Shown: positions 57,022 to 64,000 of the stretch, one piece after another
Position numbering within the stretch: position 1 is the stretch's first letter
Layout: every line of letters begins with the position of its first letter
Assembly (NCBI GenBank): GCA_045863335.1
Contig: BTVY01000021.1
Span: 32,001-96,000, forward strand
From: Candidatus Hydrogenedentota bacterium
GTDB lineage: Bacteria > Hydrogenedentota > Hydrogenedentia > Hydrogenedentales > SLHB01
Reading direction: 5' to 3'
DNA length: 64,000 nucleotides
The notes under the pieces: generated by a model
What the model was told of the DNA's origin: nothing
What the model saw: the letters and a program-made list of their open reading frames with translations, nothing else
Database searches by the model: none
Made by a program: the position numbers and the translations under genes

Positions 57022-60000
57022 TTACGCGCGTTCTCGGGCTGTCCTCCGGATTGCGATGACGGCACCCAGTGACAGCGCGAACAGCAACAGCGCGATCATC
57101 CAGGGCGTTTCGAGCGGCACCGCTTTGGTTGCAGGGTTGTCGGATGCGTCGAGCGGATCCGTGCCCCAATGCGACTCCTCAATGTCCGTGTAGCCGTCGT
57201 TGTCGTCGTCGGGGTCGACGTCGTTTCGGATGCCGTCGTTGTCCGTGTCTTTCGGGAACGTGTCGTCGCCGTCGAGGATGCCGTCGGCATCGTCATCAGG
57301 ATCGGAGGCGTTGGGAATCCCGTCGTTGTCCGTGTCCAGCGGGAAGGGATCGTCGCCGTCCAGATAGCCGTCGTTATCGTCGTCCGGATCCAGGTCGTCC
57401 GTTGTCCCATCGCCATCGGTGTCCAGCTTGGCGCCGATGCCGTAGAGCGAGAAATGGTCGACGGTGAAGGATATCGTGTTGTTGACCAGATCGCGCGCGA
57501 CGATGGTCGTCACGGGGATATCGAACACGCCCGTGCCGGAGTTGTACTGGAATACTTCGAGATTGGCTTCGTCCAACCCCGCCACCTGACCGTCGGTGTA
57601 CGAGACCGTGACGGTGATAGGCGAGCTGAACTGGGTCCCTTCGGGACCGAATTCGCGGACGACCGGAATCGCACTCACCCCTGCCGGGAGTTCCGCAGGC
57701 TGAGCGGGATCGATGGGCGTCGTAATCTGGATCTCCTGCGGTTCTCCCACGGGGAAGTCGATCATGGTCCCCGCGTCGATGGCCACGGAAGTACCGCTGG
57801 CGTCGGAGAACTGCTGATCCTGGAACACGGAGATGTCGTTGTTCGCGGGCGCGCCGACGACCGAGCCGCCCACGCGTTTCGACACTTCCAAGGTCGTAAT
57901 CATGAGATGCGTGACCCCGGCCACATCCTTGATGTAGGTCAGACGAGTGCCGCCCGGTGTGGGAACGGCGACGGCTTGGTTGCCGGGAGCCGTCAGGCGG
58001 ATCTCCGGTTCGAACCCATGGGCGCGGGCGATCATGATATCGAAGTCTGAGGCCGCCAGGGATGCAAAGAAATCGTCGTCCCGGAACACGCGGTTCCAAT
58101 CCTCCGAATAGAAGACCAGCGTCTCGTCGGTGGAGAAGAACGGGGCGAACGAACCCTTCGGCGTGATACCGGAACGAATGTCGATGAGGAAATCGTCGTC
58201 CAGAGCAACCGGCGCGAGCGACGAGTACTGCGTCGCCCCCTGGTAGGGCGCGGTCAGGATATCCTGCAAGTTCGTGAGGATGTAGACGTCGCTCTGATCG
58301 CCAATGCCGGGCGTGGGGCTGCTGTGATAATCCGCGAAGGTCACCGCGGTGCCGTCGGCGTTGACGGCCGGCCAATCCACGTCCACGCCTACTCCCGTCA
58401 GGTTCGTCACGATCTTCGGCAGCCGCGAGGCATCTTCCGTGCCGTCGGCAAGCACGGGTATGGCGGCCATATCGTCGCCGTGCCGGGTGACGATCCAGTT
58501 GTCCGAAGGCAGGCGCGTCATGCTGGGATCGTCCAGCGTGTACATTCCGAAGTAGAGCGGCTGCGTAACGACGCCGGAGTTCACATCGACGTGCGAATCG
58601 CCCACGACGATGGCGGAATCGTCGGGCGTCCACCAAATGGGCGCGTCCGGCGCGTTGGGTGCATCGGCCGTCAACCGCTGCCAACTCGAGGGGTCGCCGA
58701 TATCCACGAGGAACACAGCGCTCTGTTGCGTGTTGATATTCACCGCCCAGAAGGCGACGCGATCGGCGCCGTTGGAGGCCTGGGCGAAGAACGCGCTGCG
58801 GCCCGCGACGTTCGAGCCGTCCACCGCTTCGCCTGCGTAGAATGCCGCGTCCAGCATTTCCGTTTCAGGTCCGAGTGCAAACTGAGGGCCGTAGGGCAAC
58901 ACATCGGGAATCACGCTGACTTCCGTCGTAAACTTGAAAGGATTGGGTCCCCCGCTGGGGAAGGTCAGTTCCACGAAGAAGGCGGTCCATCCATTGGCGG
59001 GGACGGGCAATTGCGCGGTGTATTCATTGGGGCCGGACGGCGCGAGGACGGAACTCGTGTAGATAGCGCCGACGTTGTCGATGTTGAAGTCGCGGGCGTT
59101 CGGGTTAGTCGCCTGCCAGAGAAGCACCTGCGATGGGGCGTCGACCGTGTTCACCGTGATTGACCCGTCTTCGTTCTTCACCCAGGAGAATTCGGGACGC
59201 GGCGTGCCCGTCAAGAGCGCGGTATACCACGCGCTGACGTCGTTCCACGCGGAGGCGTTCAGGCCGTGCCCCGCGTTGGGGACATACCGGAGATACTTCT
59301 CTCCCGGGAGCTTGTCCCAGTAGAACTGCGACGAATCGGGCAGGAAAAACTGATCCTGAGCGGAGTTCATGACAAGCTTGGGCATGGTGTACCGGTCGCG
59401 ATACGTGTACGGCCCGACTTCGGCCAGGAGCGCGCCGAACTCCGGAGTGCCAAACCAGGAGGGGATGTCCATGTCGACGTAATCTTGAATCGCGGGCGCC
59501 CACCGGCCCAGCGCCGCGAAGTGGTGCTCGAAGGAGACCTCCAGGTTCAGCAGGTCGATGACCAATGGCGCAATCGCCACCACGCGGGTGTCGACGGCGG
59601 CGGTGGTCCAGGTTGTCCAGCCGCGTTTCGACGCGCCGGCCACGACGAATTGATTGACGGTATGACTGCCACCTTGGGCGCTGGCGCACAGCGCCGTGAT
59701 GGTGTCCATGGCGCGCACGGCGGCTTTGGTCATGGGCAAGCGGGAGAGCCATTTCGGATCGCCCGAGGTGAGGTACTTGTCCCAGGCGTAGGCGATCTGC
59801 TCGTCTTCCCAACGGGGCACGTCGCCTGTGAAGGTGAGGGGCTGATTCGGGACCATCCGCAGGCGCGCGGTGACCGAATTGGTCGCGAGGGCCATGGCGA
59901 TCAGTTCCGCGCTGTTTCCGCCTGGAGCGCCGCCGCCATTACTCCCGCCTTCGATGAACATGAATCCGGTGGTATGGGAGACCGTGTCCGGTACGGTGAT

Positions 60001-60243
60001 GACGAGCCAATGCTCCCACAGCGTCCGATCCACTTCCGCCAACGTGAGCCAGGTCTGAGACTTCAGGTCGATGACGAAGTCGGTGTAACCGGCGCCGGGC
60101 ACCACACTGTTCACCGACCACGCGTAACTCGCGTCCGGCGACGCCACGTAATCGTCCAGGGCCGTCGCCCCGGCGATACCCGGCGCCAAGAGCACGACCG
60201 CAACGAAACCCAAACAGACACCGGGAACCTTGGGTGTATACAT
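57022..60243 (-). CDS. Surface protein: PqaA (PhoPQ-activated)-family hydrolase, beta-propeller-like region, ZU5-like domain, TSP3 Ca-binding repeats, IPTL-CTERM-like anchor
   Basis: TALDDYV, SQTWL, VPNQPL, GASKRGWTTW, DQFFLPD; FGPEGTQF..VDHFS.Y; DTDGDG..DPDDDNDG repeats; VPLETPW, TM, RR tail. Confidence 0.85.
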   Translation of the reverse strand: MYTPKVPGVCLGFVAVVLLAPGIAGATALDDYVASPDASYAWSVNSVVPGAGYTDFVIDLKSQTWLTLAEVDRTLWEHWLVITVPDTVSHTTGFMFIEGGSNGGGAPGGNSAELIAMALATNSVTARLRMVPNQPLTFTGDVPRWEDEQIAYAWDKYLTSGDPKWLSRLPMTKAAVRAMDTITALCASAQGGSHTVNQFVVAGASKRGWTTWTTAAVDTRVVAIAPLVIDLLNLEVSFEHHFAALGRWAPAIQDYVDMDIPSWFGTPEFGALLAEVGPYTYRDRYTMPKLVMNSAQDQFFLPDSSQFYWDKLPGEKYLRYVPNAGHGLNASAWNDVSAWYTALLTGTPRPEFSWVKNEDGSITVNTVDAPSQVLLWQATNPNARDFNIDNVGAIYTSSVLAPSGPNEYTAQLPVPANGWTAFFVELTFPSGGPNPFKFTTEVSVIPDVLPYGPQFALGPETEMLDAAFYAGEAVDGSNVAGRSAFFAQASNGADRVAFWAVNINTQQSAVFLVDIGDPSSWQRLTADAPNAPDAPIWWTPDDSAIVVGDSHVDVNSGVVTQPLYFGMYTLDDPSMTRLPSDNWIVTRHGDDMAAIPVLADGTEDASRLPKIVTNLTGVGVDVDWPAVNADGTAVTFADYHSSPTPGIGDQSDVYILTNLQDILTAPYQGATQYSSLAPVALDDDFLIDIRSGITPKGSFAPFFSTDETLVFYSEDWNRVFRDDDFFASLAASDFDIMIARAHGFEPEIRLTAPGNQAVAVPTPGGTRLTYIKDVAGVTHLMITTLEVSKRVGGSVVGAPANNDISVFQDQQFSDASGTSVAIDAGTMIDFPVGEPQEIQITTPIDPAQPAELPAGVSAIPVVREFGPEGTQFSSPITVTVSYTDGQVAGLDEANLEVFQYNSGTGVFDIPVTTIVARDLVNNTISFTVDHFSLYGIGAKLDTDGDGTTDDLDPDDDNDGYLDGDDPFPLDTDNDGIPNASDPDDDADGILDGDDTFPKDTDNDGIRNDVDPDDDNDGYTDIEESHWGTDPLDASDNPATKAVPLETPWMIALLLFALSLGAVIAIRRTARERA

Positions 60244-60485
60244 CGCGAGACCCCTCGAAGTTCGATATGCGGACGCACCTGTCCGCAGCCCGGTGTCCAT
60301 TATTTCATGGAAGACCGATGGAGGCAACAACGGCCTGTTGGAGAGGAAGCCTCTTGGGTCGAGGCGACGAGAATTGGTTTACTTAACCGGAATCTCTCAG
60401 GTATCATTTGACCAAGAGAAACGCGCATCACCGTGTACCAGGGGGGCACGGCGCGAATTTCGATTACGTTGGAGGAACCAGCACC

Positions 60486-60629
60486 ATGGGAATCGATCCC
60501 GCAGTTCTCTTGTACTACCTGCAGTTGCTTGAACCCGTCTTCAGCTTCTTCACATCCTTCTCGGGGGTCATCCTGCAATTGTTCTTCCTGGGATTGGACT
60601 TTGGATCGTTTTTCCTCGGGTTCATTTAG
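60486..60629 (+). CDS. 47-aa Phe/Leu-rich small membrane protein
   Basis: GGAGG SD; MGIDPAVLLYYLQLLEPVFSFFTSFSGVILQLFFLGLDFGSFFLGFI*. Confidence 0.55.
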   Translation: MGIDPAVLLYYLQLLEPVFSFFTSFSGVILQLFFLGLDFGSFFLGFI

Positions 60630-60708
60630 TTAACGACCCAAAACATCGAGTCCGTGCAGCATCCGACGGGACAATGCTCCGAGCTTGTCGCAGCGTTGTT
60701 AGATGTCC

Positions 60709-62721
60709 TCAGGTAGCGGGAATCTCTTTGGTCTCGCTGACGCGCTGATTGCTCTCGTCTTGCGAAGGACGCACCGCGGGAACCGGGCGCACGACCCAGG
60801 CCAGGGCCCCGACGGCCAGCACCGCGATTTCCACGACGTAGAAGATCATGAGCGCTTTCGCAATTCCGCTGGTGAAGCCGTAGCTGTGCAGGCCCACGCC
60901 GAGCAGGTTGACGCCGAACCATGAGAAGACAACGATCATCCCGCAGCAGACCGCGCCCATGACGATGCCGAACTCGCGAATGTACCCCGCCAGGCGGGCA
61001 TGCAGCATAATCAGCATCCACAACACGATCATGAGCGCGCCGTTCTCTTTCGGGTCCCAGCCCCAGAACCGGCCCCAACTGTAGTTAGCCCAGATGCCGC
61101 CGAGCACGGTCCCGACCGTGGCGAAGAGCAGCCCGAAGCACAGCACGCCGTAGGTCATCTTCGCGAGCGACCGGTAGAAGGCGGGGTCCTGCTTTCGCAG
61201 GCCGAGCGCGTACGCGAAGATGTAGACATGGGCGATGGCCGCCGCAAGCAACCCGGCGGCGTACCCCATGGTGACGGTCGTCACGTGGGTGGACAACCAG
61301 AAATTCGTATCGAGCACGGCGATCATGCTCGGCATGGTGTCCGTACCATCGATGACCTCGTATTTATTCGCGAGAAACACTCCGAGCGCACCCAGGATCG
61401 ATGCCAGGGACAGGGCGATGCGCTGACGGTTCACATACTCGATGAATAATGCAACCACGACGGCCACCGCCGTGATGAAAAGGATCGTTTCATATAGCGT
61501 CGTCACCGGTGGCCGGTTGCGAATGATGCAGCGCATCGTGATGCCCGCCACGAGAACGAGCGTGGGCACGGTCACGGCGGCGAGGGTCAACCAGTTCAAC
61601 GCCCGGTTCTTCGGTTTGATCCAAAGAATCGCCACGAGCAGAAAACTGAACAAATACAAATACAGGCTGCGATAGAAGAAATCCGCTTTGTAATAGGTCA
61701 ATTCAAGAGGCACCTTGGCGTATTCACCGCGTGCTTCGGCTATCGCCACGGTGGCGGCATTCAGCGTCTCGGCTTCCGCCGTAAACGATTCGGGAGCGTC
61801 CACGCTCGCTGCAACGCCCTCCCACCCGCGAATCACGTCGATTTGTTTCGAAAGGTCCAGACCGGACATGAAGACAGCCTCGGCCAGGGAGGCGGGGTTG
61901 TACCATTCGCGCAACTCGCCGTCGGCCGGCGGCGGTATGACGGCCATGGCCCGCGAGTCGCCGACTGCGGCATTCATCGCGTTGATGAGCTTCTGAATCG
62001 AGGCCAGTTCCGCCTTCGTGGTTTCATCTCCTCCGTGCGCGGCGTTCGAGCTTAACGAGATGTAGGCCTCTTGCAACGCAGACGCATTCCCCAACACGGT
62101 GCTAAGCGATACCGACTCGGCCTCGCCGAATATGCCTTTCAAGGTCGCGCTGTCTCCGACGACAAATGAAGCGCGGGCGAACTCGAGAAAAGAGGTCAGC
62201 GTCTCGAATTGATGCACGTTGTGGGCCAGGTTGATGAGCTGCGTCTGCGCGGGTGTCCGCTGTTCGTCGGCGATCTGCGAGAACTGACTTGCCTGAGTGA
62301 ACAACGTCATGCGCGCCGAAGCCAGGTCGTTGTACGAATAGCGCGCCCGTTCGTCGGTGGCCGAGAGACCGGTCATGGACAGGACGTCCGCGTTCTCGAT
62401 GAGGAAGTTTTTGTAGTTCTTGGCGCGATCCGGGTAGAACAGGCAGTCCAGCAGCCAGGCCATAGGCTCCAAGCGCTCTCCGTCGGGCGTTTCGATACTG
62501 CGCTTCCCGTTGATGCCCAGGAGCTGGAAAGCCGCAAAGGTATCCAACGGCTTGATGCGCCCGCCTTCCTGGATGGGAATCACGGCGAAGGCGTCTATGG
62601 CCGCACCGGACCACGCGGGGCGTGTCGACGCTTCGGCGGTGTCGGCGGTTTGCGCCCAACACGTCGCGCACACAAACGCAGCGAGAAGAATGGATGCCAG
62701 GTAGTTGGAATGGCGAATCAT
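60709..62721 (-). CDS. ccsA: Cytochrome c biogenesis protein CcsA (system II)
   Basis: GRIKPLDT, RPPVTTLYET, WLSTHV, LGGIWANYSWGRFWGWDPKE (WWD domain), GLHSYGF. Confidence 0.92.
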   Translation of the reverse strand: MIRHSNYLASILLAAFVCATCWAQTADTAEASTRPAWSGAAIDAFAVIPIQEGGRIKPLDTFAAFQLLGINGKRSIETPDGERLEPMAWLLDCLFYPDRAKNYKNFLIENADVLSMTGLSATDERARYSYNDLASARMTLFTQASQFSQIADEQRTPAQTQLINLAHNVHQFETLTSFLEFARASFVVGDSATLKGIFGEAESVSLSTVLGNASALQEAYISLSSNAAHGGDETTKAELASIQKLINAMNAAVGDSRAMAVIPPPADGELREWYNPASLAEAVFMSGLDLSKQIDVIRGWEGVAASVDAPESFTAEAETLNAATVAIAEARGEYAKVPLELTYYKADFFYRSLYLYLFSFLLVAILWIKPKNRALNWLTLAAVTVPTLVLVAGITMRCIIRNRPPVTTLYETILFITAVAVVVALFIEYVNRQRIALSLASILGALGVFLANKYEVIDGTDTMPSMIAVLDTNFWLSTHVTTVTMGYAAGLLAAAIAHVYIFAYALGLRKQDPAFYRSLAKMTYGVLCFGLLFATVGTVLGGIWANYSWGRFWGWDPKENGALMIVLWMLIMLHARLAGYIREFGIVMGAVCCGMIVVFSWFGVNLLGVGLHSYGFTSGIAKALMIFYVVEIAVLAVGALAWVVRPVPAVRPSQDESNQRVSETKEIPAT

Positions 62722-63887
62722 GATGCGGTCCTCGCTTCCTTTCGGAGGTAAAGGATCAGACGGTAGCAGAAGTGGACGAGCAATCCGGCAGTGATGATGA
62801 TGCACGCATAGAGCGGCCACTGATCGGAAGGATTCTTGACCACGGCGAACGACGAGAACAGTGGATCGTTCGGACCGGCGTTTTGCGGTCCCCAGGACGC
62901 CTGAAACAGGGTGTACCCTTTGTACCGGAGCGGTTTGTTCATGGAGATGTGAATCTTTTGCGTCGCCTCGGAATCGACGACGGTCACGTCGCTGCTGAAG
63001 GACGCAGGCCGGCTCGTGCCGGGGTGCAGGACGCGCGTGAAATCGTCGAGGATGACGGTGAACGGCAGGGGCCAGGTCCGCCGTCGCAAGGTGACGTCCC
63101 AGACGCCGGTGTTGGTCGCGATGCGGAACGGCGATTGGGCCATTCCCCAGAGTGCTCCTTCAAGCGTGGTGTCAGAACCTTTTTGGGCTGCGGTCGCGTA
63201 GAGACCGGCGACATTCCGTTCATTCTGCGGTTCCAGATCCAACGGCACAAGCGCGATTCCGCCGGCGATTTTGTTGCCGGCGGCCGCCGGCGCCGAGGCG
63301 GGCACCGCTGCGGCGTTACGCATGAATCCCGTGAGTGTGAGGTCAAACGGCAAGTCCGCCTGGGCGAAGGTCGCGGCTTCGTTGCCGGTAGCTTGGGAGA
63401 ACCTATCGCCCGGGATCACCAACTCTTTGGCCGGCCCTTCGCCTTTGACTTCCGTTATGGCCACTTCCCATTCGTGATAGCTCTCGAACACGTTGTTCTG
63501 TTCGCCTTCGTACAAGGTCAGGTGACCGTCCTTCGACCATTTGAAGGTGATGAACCCGCCCAGCAGCATGAACAGAATGCCGATGTGCACGATGAACACG
63601 CCCAGGTGCGACCAGCCGGGCCGAAACCGCACGATTGCGCCCAGGGTGAGATTGATAAACAGAAGAACGAGGAGTGAATACACCCCGGGCAGCGGCAGCA
63701 GCGGCACGCCGAAGACTTCCTGAACGAGGAAGACCGAGTTGAAGTATTTTTCCTGTGCGGCGAACAGGCCGTGATCGACTTGCTCGAGCGTGCCGAGCAG
63801 CGTCAGCACGAGCAGGAAGAAGAGGATGACGATGCCGAAGGCGTACGACGCGAGCCCCCGGTAAATGGCTTTCAGTGTAGCAATCAT
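62718..63887 (-). CDS. resB: Cytochrome c biogenesis protein ResB/Ccs1
   Basis: LGTLEQ, HIGIL, PASFSSDV, ISMNKPLRYKGYTLFQAS; stop overlaps the ccsA start. Confidence 0.88.
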   Translation of the reverse strand: MIATLKAIYRGLASYAFGIVILFFLLVLTLLGTLEQVDHGLFAAQEKYFNSVFLVQEVFGVPLLPLPGVYSLLVLLFINLTLGAIVRFRPGWSHLGVFIVHIGILFMLLGGFITFKWSKDGHLTLYEGEQNNVFESYHEWEVAITEVKGEGPAKELVIPGDRFSQATGNEAATFAQADLPFDLTLTGFMRNAAAVPASAPAAAGNKIAGGIALVPLDLEPQNERNVAGLYATAAQKGSDTTLEGALWGMAQSPFRIATNTGVWDVTLRRRTWPLPFTVILDDFTRVLHPGTSRPASFSSDVTVVDSEATQKIHISMNKPLRYKGYTLFQASWGPQNAGPNDPLFSSFAVVKNPSDQWPLYACIIITAGLLVHFCYRLILYLRKEARTAS

Positions 63888-63906
63888 TTCCAGAATACTT
63901 CCGTAC

Positions 63907-64000
63907 TTACCGAAGTGACTCGCAAAACGCGATGAACTCGTCTTTGTTGGCCTGTACTTCGCTCGCGGGACCCGTCATCTTTACAAAGAGCGTTTCCCCT
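63907..64000 (-). CDS. C-terminal fragment of the upstream protein of the resB-ccsA operon
   Basis: Minus-strand frame GETLFVKMTGPASEVQANKDEFIAFCESLR*. Confidence 0.65.
   Translation of the reverse strand, partial: GETLFVKMTGPASEVQANKDEFIAFCESLR

Overview
GC-rich bacterial chromosomal window. Its gene content (Tat-exported sulfatases and Gfo/Idh/MocA oxidoreductases, DUF1080, a DUF1559/H-X9-DG prepilin-type protein, ResB/CcsA cytochrome c biogenesis) resembles PVC-like lineages or Ca. Hydrogenedentes; this taxonomy is an inference only. Most of the window is ordinary metabolic and envelope genes: PA0069-type radical SAM, GH95 fucosidase, RlmB, MsbA-like ABC transporter, a sigma54 psp locus with an inserted PilZ gene, ldh, 2-oxoacid dehydrogenase E1/E2, glnB-glnA, three sulfatases, an S1P-lyase-like enzyme and a PqaA-domain surface protein. 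Several REP-like palindrome families fill the intergenic spaces. The most unusual feature is the apparently empty ~1.8 kb downstream of glnA (46300-48150). It holds a tandem array of five tiny minus-strand genes for 19-32 aa Trp/Phe-rich hydrophobic peptides. Each has a strong Shine-Dalgarno; promoter-like elements, 5' CUCC hairpins and terminators are recognisable for most of them. The layout resembles type I toxin or small-membrane-peptide arrays. I saw no rRNA, tRNA, CRISPR array or intact transposase. All family calls come from motif recognition by eye, not database searches.
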